NCBI RefSeq assembly: GCF_963921235.1
Contig: NC_086097.1
Coordinates: 58,716,001 to 58,780,000, forward strand
Origin: Mobula hypostoma
Taxonomy: Eukaryota
DNA: 64,000 bases
Direction: 5' to 3'
The position numbers and the translations under genes are program-made. The notes beneath the pieces are model-generated. The model saw only the letters and a program-made list of their open reading frames with translations. It was not told the origin of the DNA and did no database searches. Every line of letters begins with the position of its first letter. Position 1 is the stretch's first letter. Shown in pieces: positions 1 through 12,154 of this stretch.

Positions 1-1249
1 AGAATTTTGGGCTTGAATTGTATTTAATAGTTGAAAGAAAGTGAACTTGCAGGTGTGTGGGATAGAAAACCAATATTTTAAGGTCAGACTTGCTTTAAAT
101 GCTCCTACACTAGCCAGATGGCTAATAATCCCAATAATATACGGCAAGATATTGAACCAGCGAATTCGAAGTACCAATTTAGAACGGTAATTGCTGATGT
201 GATAACAATCAAACAAATTTGCTACAGCCAAATGCTTTCACTCTGTCACTCTGGAGTAAATTCAATATTCTATTTAACAGTAGTTAAACGATTCTCAAAA
301 TATACAGGTCTCATTGAAGCTTAGGTGATCGGGGGAATTGAAATTAACACAAATAAACAAGGAGTCCAATAATTTTCAAATGAATAACATATTATTTTTT
401 AAAAAGGAAAATCCCATATGATTTTTCAGGTGCTGATTATTTGCTTCATCTGTAATATTGTCTAGTAGAAACAGCACAAAGTACAAGAAATGTTTCGTAT
501 GGCAAAGTACATGATAAATAAATTCCATCATTTTGCATTATATAGAGTCTTTTACAAGATATTATCCAATTATAAATCTATGTTTATTTTTCCAGAAGGC
601 TATTTCCTCTTAAATAAATGTCATTCTCCACTTCACCGTTAATTGTTGCTCCGTTCAATAAAAATGTTCAATTCTAAATCTTACTATAACAATTGAAAAC
701 TTTGTTCTGCTAAATGTTTTTTTTTGTAGAAGTACAAAGAATTTTTAAAAACTCAAGTACAGAGATATTTCTCATTTGCTTTAAGTTCAGCCTTACAGCT
801 TTTTGGACTACATGTGCATGACTTTTCCCTTAGTCATATCAGCTGAGTAAGTATGTTACTTAGAATAATATAGACTGATATACTCAAAGCATCTAAAGTG
901 CAAAATCATTAACCATGAGAATGAGAATCTTGTTCTTTGGGGATGTGATTTGCACATTACTAGGAAAGTCAATGCAGTATACTGCATCATGACATAATTT
1001 CCCACAAAATGTTGGGATAAAGAGGATTTCATCTGTTTCTTTCAAACTGATTGTTAAACTTACCAGAGACAGACCAAAAGCTACCCAGGAAAATTATATC
1101 AACGCATGTCCTTAAGACTAGACGCAGTCATATTGAAATAAAAAACAAATATGATGCTGTAAAATGAATACCAATCATTCACAAAATAGGTACAGTACTG
1201 CATGAGAAATGTCAATTAATGGCATATTTGATCCAACCCATTACTTGCT

Positions 1250-1725
1250 AGCCACCATTTCCAGCCAATTTGGTTCCAACTGTTGTTTACCTCTCCCCTA
1301 ATGGTTCACTTTCTTTCCTCTGTTACTTAGCAGAATTCAGTACTGGTAGCACTTCCTATTCCTGTTTATCTCCCTCTAGCAGCTGTTTCTTATCTTCACA
1401 CTCAGCCCTCCTCACCTTGCTCCCTGTTCTTTTCCCCCGTTTTTTTTATCTCTCTTTTGCCTGCCTCCATCAATCATTCAACTGCCATAGTTTTCCAACT
1501 CTACCTTGGCACACCTCCCATTCCTGGCAGTACTTACCTGTCATCTTGCACCCCTCCTCAGTGCACCACTAACCTCAGAATCCGTTTTTTGGCTTCTCCT
1601 TTTCTCCTCTATTTACTGCCTTTCTTGCCTCTCCACTCTCAGTCCTCACTTTTGACCTATATGATCATCAGTTCCTTTCCACCCGTTAATGTTGCTTGGC
1701 CTCTAAATTCTTCCTGCAGGTTGTT
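1250..1725 (+). mobile_element. Old, decayed Penelope-type 3' tail fragment
   Basis: Pyrimidine-rich tract ending in a decayed version of the tail seen at 27990-28135 (cagtcct...gttgcttggcctctaaattcttcctgcagg). Confidence 0.45.
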
Positions 1726-1979
1726 TATTATGTACTAGCTCTGTGCTGATTGTACAGCTTCCAACTACCTAGAGGCTCCAGACACACTGATGGCCCAGGA
1801 ACAGATGTTTTACCAGCTCTCCTGTTGTTGCTTCCTGAGAATTTGAGAATTCAAGAATACAAGACACTAGTAGAAGGATTAGGCCAAATGGTTTCTCCAG
1901 CCTGTTCCTTCATTCATCATGACTATGACTGATCTACCACAGGCCTGTACTACTGCTGTGTTCCAGCTTCCTGTAGCCA

Positions 1980-2570
1980 TCAACCACCATGAGGCCCTCC
2001 GTTGGTTGGGTTTGACCATGAACGTTGCATCCCAGCTGTCTACGTGATATGTATACCAGGGCAGTACAATATGGAGAGCAAGCTGTTGCCCATGTAGCAG
2101 GCTCCCCCGTCAATGCAGCTGATTCATCCAAAGGGATGGCAGAGACCAATTCAGTTTGCATCGCAGGAGTTGCCAGTCAGCGTTGAACTCAATGTAGGAC
2201 TGCTTTACGGACACCAGTACTGTATTTTTCCTCAGGGTTTACTCTCGAAGCCTTCCTCATGAATGGGTATAGCCGCAGGCAGCAGAATTTGAGATCAGAG
2301 TCCTCCTTCTCCTAGATGAGCTGTTAACCACGGATGACGAGCCCCATCTGCCCGTAGCTACTGGTTTTAAGACACCAGTAACCTGCCTTTGCCCCTTCTC
2401 CTGTCAGTAGAAACTTTTTCTGTCAGGCATAGTGACTAAGCTACACATGAAAGTCAGAAGCTGGATTTGGCTTACAGAGGCTATTTGAGGTGCATGCCAT
2501 TGAGAGCATTTAATAGGTAGTGGGAGCTTATCTCCACTACCACCCCCAGATATAACAACATTAAGGAACC
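1980..2570 (-). mobile_element. Non-coding RTE-related retroposon (non-autonomous element or 5' UTR fragment)
   Basis: GC-richer island in AT-rich flanks that resembles RTE-associated non-autonomous repeats. No coding motif; family assignment is by recall only. Confidence 0.4.
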
Positions 2571-3424
2571 AATCAAGACGCTGAAGTTTCAAGAAAAATA
2601 TCTACTTCCACTTTAAATAATCCTGATGATTAAGCATCTGTGGGCTGGAGAATCCAGATGTTCATGAAAAGATCCAGAGATTCTGAGAAAATACGGAGAG
2701 GATATTTTATGAATCAGCTTTTTGTAATGCATAATGCATGAGATGCAGTATCAAAACTGTGTACGTGGAAAAGCATTGTGAGAATAATCAAATAATCATC
2801 AGAATAAATACCCTTGTCCACATGCAAGAAGGATGAGATGTTGGGTCAGAAGTGAGGACCTTCTGACTCAAAGGTGAAAGCGTGACTGGGCCATAGCGTA
2901 TCAATTTGTTCCAAAGATCAATTGGTAGGTTGAAGTAGATCAATTTTGGTCTGGTAGTTTATTTCACAAATGCTTTTTCATGTTTGAAAGCTTGCAAATC
3001 CATATCCTGAGGTGTCTGGAGTGCAGATTAAATTGCTGTTATTATATTAAATGAAACAATTTGTAGTCTTGTTGCTTCTTTGTCAGTCAGTGAGTCAGAC
3101 ACCTTTTTCTGATCCTTAAAATTTCTCGGTATTGACATTGCTTTTGTGATCTATTCTATGTGCACAGCATGAACCAGAACTTTGTTCAACTGAACATTAC
3201 CGACAGGACAATAAACTTGTTTCCATATCAAGCTAGCTGACAGCAACAGTTTGGAGAATTCCATGCAAATCAACATGCAACAGCAGAACAATAAGAGTCA
3301 TGCATGAGGTATTATCTTGAATACTCTTTTCTTATTAATGAAGGTTTAATTACTAAAATATTAAACAGATTTTTGCATCAGCATTTCATTTACTGAACTT
3401 TCTCCTGAAAATTTACAGTGTTCT

Positions 3425-6400
3425 GGGTCAGCTTACTCACCTTTGGACCCCACCGGACACTCAGCTCTCACCTGAGGGTGCAAGTAGCTATCCGCATGTG
3501 ACAGCAGCCACACCCGAGTACACTGCTTCGACAGGTGAGGGTAGCCAGCAGGCCTCGTACCCTGATGAAATAGGGATGTGCCTGTCCCTGCATGAGAAGT
3601 CAGCTCTGGTGGACTGGCCGGATGAGATTTACAGTGAGATCCAATGGCTAGGAAGGCGGCTCTGCAATGCTCCGTGAAGAGCAAAGGGCATGGCAAGGCA
3701 CAAAAGGTGTCCTAGGCATCCATTGCAACCAAGAGAGACCACAGTTTCTGACGCTTGTTCGTACCACTGGACCTGGATTTCTGAGGTTGAGGGAGTTGAA
3801 CAGCCCCAATGCAATGACTTTTCCACTTAAAAAACTCCCTGCACAGGTTTCCTATCATTGTTGGACATGCTGGACAACTATCACCACCACCACTCGTCTG
3901 AGCGCTACTGGTACCACGTAACCCAGTACTACCTGTCGCATGGTCGGGTGGTTGGCGACTAAATTGGCTCCCCCACCAGGCTTGCCTGGTGAGGAGGGTG
4001 GTTAGACACCCTGCGGGACAAAAAACAGGACCTGTCAAAGGGCGGATGAACCTTCTTGTAGGGTCAACAGCCATCTAGCAAACACGTGCCGTGAAGCGCG
4101 GAAAGGGCATCCCTTGCATTGAAGCTTGGTCTGGCCATTTACTGCAACAGAACTTCCCCTAGCCATCCTGGACCCCGCCATGCCGCTGGATCCGGGAGGG
4201 GATGTCGAGAGGGTGGGTCTGGACCTGTGCAACCTCCTACTCACCTAAAATCCACTCACACACACGCTGTTCCTTTCTGAGGAGTGGGGTATCCTCAACA
4301 CACCCAAGTCCTGTAGCGACGGAGAAGTGGCAAAGTGGTAGGCTTGATCAGCTGGGAGCGGTAGTCACAAGTCTGCACGCAGGCGGTAGGGGTAGAGTGG
4401 TCGCACATGGATTACAGAGCGGGGATCCAGCGAGGCAGCACCCTCTGTGTCTGAGCAGCCCTGTTTAGGGAGGCACTGCTCACCCTATAATTAGGGAAGG
4501 GCCCAGAAAAAGGTGGCTCAAACAAGGCCTACTCACACCAACCTGGCCAGTCTGCCGCGGCTGGTGGGTCATCCAGCGTTAGTAGTAAGAATCACAAGCA
4601 GAATCTGATCGTCGCCTCATGGAACGTATGAAATCTGTTGGACAATGCTAACTCAGATCGCCCAGAGAGACGCACTGCACTTGTTGCTCGTGTGCTCAAG
4701 GACTACAGAGTGGACATTGCGGCTCTCCAGGAGTCCCGACTCCCTGGCGAGGGCACACTTTGTGAAGAGAAAGGAAGGTACACATTCTTCTGGTCTGGCA
4801 GGCCCAAAGAAGAATGAAGAGAATCTGGTGTGTGCTTAGCTATCAAGAACTGCCTCGCAGCAAAGCTACCAACCCTGCCTGTTGCTGTAAATGATCATAT
4901 CCAGACCTTGCGTACACCCTTGCAAGGAAAATGCCACCTCACCATAGCCAACATTTATGCCCCAACTCTGACTAATCCCAGTGAAGTCAAGGAGGCATTC
5001 TACAGTGAGCTGAAAACCACCATCAATAGCGTGGCAACTTCCGATAAGCTGCTGTTGCTGGGAGACTTTAATGCTCGGGTTGGCAAGGAGTCCACTGTGT
5101 GGCCTGGTGTGATTGGACGCCAAGGAGTTGGCAACAGTAATGGTAATGGTCTACTGCTCCTCTCAATGTGCACAGAATTCAAACTGTGCATTACTGACAC
5201 ATTGTTTAGATTGCCAGACAAGCTCAAATGCACATGGAAGCATCCACGATCTAAAAGCTGGCATCTCATCGACTATGTCATCACCCGACAATGAGACATC
5301 TCTGACGTTCGTTTCACCAGAGTTAAGTGTGGAGCTGAGTGCTCAACTGATCATCAAGTGGTGTGGTCGGATCTAGATCTATCGATCCAACCTCCATGCA
5401 GACTGAATGCTGCCAAACCACCCAAAAAGCTGAACACCACTAAATTGAAACATCGCGAGTGTGCTGATGTCCTGAAATCCTCTATGGAAACTGCTGTAAG
5501 CAGACTGGTTGAGAATCCACCAGGCGATATTACTGAGCACTGGAATGCCTTCACAGAAACGGTCTACAGCGCTGCCCAGGACACCTTGGGGAAAGTCAAG
5601 CACAAGCATCAGGACTGGTTTGATGAGAGAATCAACCTTCTAAGAGCTAAGGCAGCTGACCACCAGGCTCCCAAATTCAAGTTCCAAAAACTGTGCCTTT
5701 TTGAGTGCAAAATCAATTTTGCAGAGGCAGCTCAGAGCTATGAAAGACCAGTGGGTGGGCAAACAAGGTCAAGGAGTTACAAGTCTTCGCTGACTGTAAT
5801 GACTCAAGAAGCTCCTATGAAGCAATCAAGGTTGCGTATGGTCCATCAAAACAAGGCACCTCACAACTCCTGAGCAAGGACAGTACATCCATCTTCACTG
5901 AGAAGTCAGAGCACATGAAAAGATGGCGAGAACACTTCCATGAGCTGCTGAACAGACCAGGAACTGATGAAGCACTGTCCAGAGTATACCCTTGACCCAT
6001 ACTGTTCGAGCTAGATGTCTCCTTACTCTTCACGAAGTCATCAGAGCCATCACACAGCTAAAACCCAACAAAGCACCAGGGCCTGATGGAATCGCAGCCG
6101 AGATCTACCAGTATGGTGGTCACACACTGACATCATGCCTACACCAGCTGTTCACAAAGTTGTAGGGAGCTGAAGAACTACCACAAGACTTCAAAGACAC
6201 ATCAGTTGTGACCATCTACAAGAACAAGGGAGACAAGGGAGACTGCAACAATTACCGTGGCATCTCTCTTCTGTCAGTTGCGGGAAAATGCCTCGTGAAG
6301 ATCATCCTTAGACACTTAGTGTCTAACATCAGTGACAACATTCTTCCAGAAAGCCAGTGTGGTTTTCAAACAGGCCGTAGTACAGTGGACATGATCTTTT

Positions 6401-7790
6401 CACTGAGGCAGCTCCAAGAGAAATGTGCTGAGCAGCAGTGAAGTCTCTATGTCACATTTGTTGATCTAACCAAAGTGTTTGACACTCTTGGTAGAGATGA
6501 TCTGTGGAAGCTCCTACCAAAATTCAGTTGCCCCCCCACGCCTAACCAACATCATCCGTCAGTTCCACGAAGGCATGGAAGGCCACATCAACATGTGTAG
6601 TGAGTTGTCAGACCCACTTTCCATCAGCACAGTGTAAAACAGGGTTGTGTTCTGGCTCCTGCTCTGTTTGGACTATTCTTCTCTGCTGTTCTTCAGGATG
6701 CCACATCAGACCTGAAGTTAGGGGTCTTCCTACAAACGAGGGCTGATGGCGGGCCCTCAACCTTGCAAGACTGAGAGTAAAAACAAAAGTCAGGGACATT
6801 GTGGCGCATGAGCTACAGTTTGCTGATGACTGTGCACTGGTTACCCACTCTCTCGAAGACTTACAGGAGATCACCAGTCTTGCCAATGCAGCCAAAAGCT
6901 TCGGACTGACAATCAGCCTAAAAAAGACGGAAGTTTTGTACCAACCGGCTACTGTCCTCATTGATGACACTCGTCTCAATGCTGTCAACAAGTTTTGCTA
7001 CCTGGGCAGCACAATAACAATCCTCAGCTTCTCTGGATGTAGAGATTGAGTCATGAACTAGAAAAGCCTGCTTTGCCTTTGGTCAGCTGAAAGATCGAGT
7101 TTGGTCACAGAACATCAGGTTGGCCACCAAGTGCAAGGTATACAGGGCCGTTGTCATAGCACCCTTATTATACAGATGTGAGACATGGTGACCATATCAG
7201 AGACACTTACACCAGCTTGACAGCAGCATCCCCTATGTTCTCTGATGAAGATCACCTGGTGAGACAAGGTCTCCAATACCGAGGTCCTCTCTCGAGCCGG
7301 AATGCCAGCAGTTTCAACCTTGGTAATGTCAGCCCAGCTGAGCTGGGCAGGACATGTTGGCAGAATGCCTGACGGAAGACTGCCCAAGGACATCTTGTAC
7401 GGCCAACTGTCTAGTGGTACCCGAAAATGAGGAGGCCAGCGACTACGGTACAAGGATGTTCTGCACAGGAACCTCAAGAAAGCTGACATTGCCCCATCAA
7501 CATGGAAGGACCTGGCTCAAGATCGCTCACAGTGGAGGGACGCCATCAGAAAAGGTGTGGACGCTGCTGAGAGCAAGCTCAAAGAGGCAACAGAGGAAAG
7601 GAACAGGAAGTGCCACAACAGAGCTTCTGCCCTGCTGCCGCTCCAGGCCTCACCTGCCAAGCATGTGGCAAGCAGTGTCTGTCAAGGATCGGCCTGCACA
7701 GCCACTCCAGAACGCACATATCAAACCCCACTAAGTGACTGAAAGGAACCATCATCATCCTATGGGATAGATAGCCAGAGAGAGAGAGAG
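3425..7790 (+). mobile_element. Near full-length, inactivated RTE-clade (BovB-like) LINE: ~1.15-kb 5' UTR, APE endonuclease, RT, C-terminal C2H2-like finger, (AG)n tail
   Basis: APE motifs SWNV..DRPERRTALVA (4615-4690), IYAPT, LLGDFNARVG, WHLIDYVI. RT motifs NYRGISLLS, PESQCGF, FADDCAL, FCYLGS. CQACGKQCLSRIGLHSH near 7655-7710. (AG)7 at 7777-7790. Many stops and frameshifts. Confidence 0.92.
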
Positions 7791-7799
7791 ACCACCACC

Positions 7800-8119
7800 A
7801 CTAGTAGTTACAGTTCTTCTGCGTCTTTCTGGAATCTTTGTGATATTGCATGAATATGGGCTACCTGATTGGTTATCTCTTATCAACAAAATTTGAATGG
7901 TATTTATTGCTGTTAGCAAATTGGTATAAGAAGGCCAAACCACATTGCCTTGTCTTTCGCACCTTCACCTTCTCTCACAACTAGGCCCAGGTTTCATTAC
8001 TCTCCTTTCCCAATCCCCTTGTTCTCTTACTGCTAATAAACCATCCTCATAAGCAACATGTTTTATGCCTTGTTCTTGACTTCTGAAGAACCTTGGATCA
8101 AAAACATCAGCATCCGTCA
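7800..8119 (+). repeat. Probable 5' LTR (partial) of the endogenous retrovirus
   Basis: TATAAG at ~7925, AATAAA at 8035-8040, ends ...CGTCA (8119) just before a PBS-like motif. 5' boundary uncertain; no matching 3' LTR seen. Confidence 0.55.
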
Positions 8120-8123
8120 ATTT

Positions 8124-8140
8124 TGGCATATTTGCAGGAT
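8124..8140 (+). promoter_or_regulatory. Decayed primer-binding site, tRNA-Ser type
   Basis: tggcatattt-gcaggat matches 14 of 18 positions of TGGCGTAGTCGGCAGGAT (complement of the tRNA-Ser 3' end); two mismatches fall at CpG sites. Lies 4 nt after the LTR-terminal CA. Confidence 0.6.
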
Positions 8141-8469
8141 GATTGCGAAGATTTAAGAATTCAGAAGAACCCCAGACAAAGTGGAAACTTTTGGTGTGCA
8201 AATTTAAAAGGAAATAAGACCTTGTTCCTTATGTTTTCCAAATCATCTGAGGAATTGCTTCGTTCTTGCTTCAATACACCATCTAGTGGAAGTTTAAGAG
8301 TGAAGGAAAATGTATATGTTGCTATTCTGAAAAAAAAAGAGACTAACACTGAAATTAACATTGGCTCAAATTAAATTTGTGCAAGCCAGTGCAAGACTTA
8401 AGAAATCTTCTGACGTAATCTAGTGCTTAAAATTCATTTAAATTGTACTTGAGTAAGGAAAGCAATTGT

Positions 8470-8752
8470 CATTTGCAAACCAACAAAATATCAATTGCAA
8501 TCCTACAAAAATATCAATTACAATCTTACAAAATACAGATGGTAACACTAAAAGGTAAACTGCATTCCTACAATGTTCTGACTGTAATCCTTCAAAATAT
8601 CGAATGCAATCCTACAAGACTCTGACCGCAATCCTATAAATTTGTGACTGCAATCCTATAAAGTTTCGATTGCTATCCCATGATAGTCCAGTTGCAATCC
8701 TAAAACAATATTTTAATTGCAATCCAATAATATTTCAATTTTAGTCCTATTG
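8470..8752 (+). repeat. Degenerate 22-bp tandem array (~13 units, core tgcaatccta) in the ERV 5' leader
   Basis: Core starts at 8474, 8496, 8519, 8541, 8561, 8583, 8605, 8627, 8649, 8671, 8693, 8718 and 8740; the intervening ~11 nt vary. Confidence 0.85.
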
Positions 8753-8799
8753 ATAAAAAGTACCTACAAATTAGTGTTAAATGAGATTGAATTGAGACA

Positions 8800-10520
8800 A
8801 TGGCCAAAGAAATGAAACATACCTTGCAAAGTGAAAGTTGAGTCTCCCATTGTTACATGTGAACAGATTACAGAGGGTTTGAGTTATTAACTGAATAAAA
8901 AGTTGCAATTTGATAAGATTAATGAAAAAATCCAGCATAAATATACCAATAATATTGAGTCTATTAAGAGGGCTTGTGATGAGATCCAGAGAATGCCTGA
9001 GGAAAAGGTTAAAATCTGGAATATGTGAGTTAATGATACAAACACGTGGTCAGCTTAAAAATCGAACTTGTGAGGTAATGTGGTCAGCTTGAAAATTGAA
9101 TCTGTGAGCTAATTGTGATCAGTTGGGAAAGGAAAGAGAAAGCTGTGATAAAATACTAAAGTGGTATAATAGAGACAGCAAAAGGTCCAAATCCCAAATT
9201 TTTGCATTAACTGAACGAGTAAAAAGCATGATAAGTGTAACCGAATTGAAGTGCATGGTATGGAGTTTCAAAGCAGACTGAAGCAGTATCAAAAAACTCA
9301 GAAGGGACCCCAAACAGTCCAGACAGTGATGGTTCTTTTTGGGAAACACCCTTATGATGGACCGTCCTCTGAGACAACACCACCATCCAATCTTTGAGGA
9401 ATCACTGCATGGTCTTGATATGGACTCTACAGTGACCTCTAGTGAGTCAAGTGAGGATGACAGTGATAAAACAATAGGATTGGCAACCATGGCACAGCTT
9501 GCTCCAATAAAGGCCAAGGAAGTGAAGACATGCAGGACTGAAGATGGAACCTATGAAAGGAGACATATGGTTTTCCATCAACAACCTGAGCTGAAAAAGA
9601 CTGATAAGTTCAACATTCTAAAAAAGGATGTTTAAAGACCTGGGCTGAGCTTCAAAATATTAAGAGCATAAACAAACTGCACCCACGTGATGGAATCTAA
9701 ATTTTGGCTTCTATGTTGTCTTCTCAGCAAATCAGACAGTTGACTTGTAGAGTTGATAACAGCATGGGAGATGACAAACAAAGTATCCAAAGTGGTTGGA
9801 AAATTATTAAGAGCTGTTTGGAAGAACAGCCTCCAATACAAACTGATTGAAGGAAAGTAGTTGACTGCAAGCAGAATGTTTCAGAGGATGTTTCTGAATA
9901 TGAGGAACGCTACAGGACAGGATGGTTAAGTTATTCAGGAGTTCCAGGAATAAACGAAGATGACATAGAGGACTCTACATATGGTCCCTTGAAGTTAATT
10001 TTATGGACATCTTAAAACCAGATTTTGCCAAAATGGTGGAACTGATAAAACTAAATTTGAGTGAAGTTGGTGCTCCACATAGTAAGCTAATGCAAACTGC
10101 CAAATAAGCGGAACAAGATATTGAAATCCAACTATAATCATTGCAAGTGGGTCAGTTACCTGTTGATCATCAGCCACTGACCATGGGTCAACAGTCATTG
10201 CTTCCTAGTTAACAGCGACAGCTGCTGCAGGTGAGTCAACAGGGGAAGCTGGAACAGAATTCACTGTGTGCAACAGCAACACAGCAATCTCAGTGTGAGC
10301 CACAGCTCTGCGGACAATCTCCTAAGACAAAATGTCACCTTTGTGGTAAGAAAGTTCATTGGGGTAGAAGATGTTGGTATAAGAAACAAGATGGACAACA
10401 GAATCAAACTCAACAGCAAGTTCAGTCCCTCCTTGCAAAAGTCAGGAAATTGTAATCTGATGACATGGTTTCAACAAGTAGTGTTAGATGTAATAGAAGT
10501 ATTGTCGCAGTCAAAAAAAT
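8800..10520 (+). pseudogene. gag: ERV gag remnant (capsid MHR-like motif, nucleocapsid zinc knuckle)
   Basis: VDCKQNVSEDVSEYEERYRT (MHR-like, ~9860-9920). CHLCGKKVHWGRRC is a CX2CX4HX4C knuckle (~10333-10375). Multiple stops. Confidence 0.8.
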
Positions 10521-12154
10521 GACTAAGACCTTCTCTGCAGCCCTTGCTTGCCATGATAGAGGGAAACCTAGATGGCTTATGTGTTAATTTATTAGTTGGG
10601 AATGAATGTGCTCAATTTTTTTTTGACTATGATGACCGTGACTCTGCTAGAATAGTAATGTGCCATGAAGATGCAAATTATTACAAGGAAACACTTCTTT
10701 TGAACCCATGTCTGATCCTGTACACCCAGCGATCGGGAGAGGAATTCAAATGGCTGGATGAGCTGTTGTTTCTGGAACTGCAGTGCTGGCATCAAGAAGA
10801 GGCACAACAGAAAGCTCTGATTGAAGCCTGCTAGGTGGCAAAAGGAAGAACAGCTAATACTTACACTGATTCTTGATATGCTTTTGGAGTTGTTCATGAT
10901 TTTGGAAAATTATGGAGACATTGGGGATTTCTAACAGCTGTGGATCCCCAATCAAAAATGGCCAACTAGTGCAATGTCATACAATTGCCATTAGAAGTTG
11001 CATTGAAGTGCAAGGGCCATTCCAAAATGACTACAATGGAAAGCCATGGAAATGCATTCATGGGTGATGTTGCAAAATAGGACGCACAGAAAGGGGTAAT
11101 GGAAACAAAGGAAGTTAAGGAAGTGAAAAAGGTCAAAGAACTAAAAGATGTACTGAGAACATATACAGTGAGCCCGACAAATGGAGTTATGGAAACAAAG
11201 TTGAATTCTGTATCACAGATGGATATACAAGATACTTGAGAGATGCAAGCTAAATGCTTTCCACGGGATGGATGGAGCATGAGGGAAATTAAACAGTAAT
11301 GAACTAGTAGCTCCAATTACATTGCTTCCTTATCTGGCACAGCAGGTACACATTGGAGAGGAAAAGATCAACAGATTCTCCCAATGCTGGTGGAATACAA
11401 AGTTCAGAATAGCTGATAACAAACATTTGAAAGATATATGACAGGCCAGTAAACAAATCCTGGAGCAGTGGAAAAGCTACCACAACTAAGTGTTCCTGTC
11501 CCACTTACAAGCAGTCTACATTACATTGCCCAAGTGTCAAGGACACTCAGATGTACTGGTAATTGTGGTCAAGTATTCAAGATGGGTAGAAGCTACTCCA
11601 GCAAAGAAAGCCAACACACAGCAAAAACTCTGAGCAAGGATTATATTCTTAGTTGGCGATTGCTGTGTCACTTCGACTCTGACCAAGGAACACACTACAC
11701 TGAGAGTTTTTGTCAGGTGTGTCGTTGACTGATGAACAATGTCTGCTTTTCATTGCCCACATCACTCAGAGTCATCAAGAAAAGTCAAACAAATGATGGA
11801 ATCACCAAACAACCACTGACATTATTATGAAGAAGGTGTACCATGGCCTGTGACTCTTTCTATGGTCTTATGTAGCATCAGAGCATCCCCAAACAAGGTA
11901 ACTAAATTAAGTCCATTGAAAGTAATAGCAGGGTATCCTATACACTGCCAGGAGCCCTTGATCTGAGAGAGCCTGATATACATATTATTCTAGACAGTTT
12001 CGTTAAATATTGTGTAAAATTAACTCAAGCTGTACAGTCTTCTTCTCAACAGGTTTTTGCCACTTGGAGAGATTCACAGAAGGAAGACATACCTTGATTC
12101 CTGGTGAGAGGGTCTTGAATAAGAAACTGTACAAGAAACCACTGAGCTCAATGG
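10520..12154 (+). pseudogene. pol: ERV pol remnant: RNase H and integrase (RT domain missing), class I/epsilon-like
   Basis: LILYT...AG*AVV, ALIEAC*VAKGRTANTYTDS*YAFGVVHDFGKLW, SPIKNG, CKGHS..HGN (RNase H). FSRWVEA, DSDQGTHY, WPVTLSMVL, LSP (integrase). Confidence 0.85.

Noticed and set aside
118..324. 68-aa ORF and a hydrophobic minus-strand frame in unique sequence
   Set aside because: No recognisable domain or convincing splice pair; compatible with chance in AT-rich DNA.
791..852. Possible micro-exon (ttcag ... gtaagt)
   Set aside because: Splice-like signals are present, but the peptide is unrecognisable and no partner exons were found.
3410..7822. Possible TSD ttacagt(g)ttct around the first RTE
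   Set aside because: The right-hand copy is ~17 nt away from the (AG)n tail and imperfect, so it is not accepted as a TSD.
8470..8752. CRISPR-like repeat/spacer appearance
   Set aside because: Core and spacer are only ~11 nt each, the context is a vertebrate ERV leader, and there are no cas genes.
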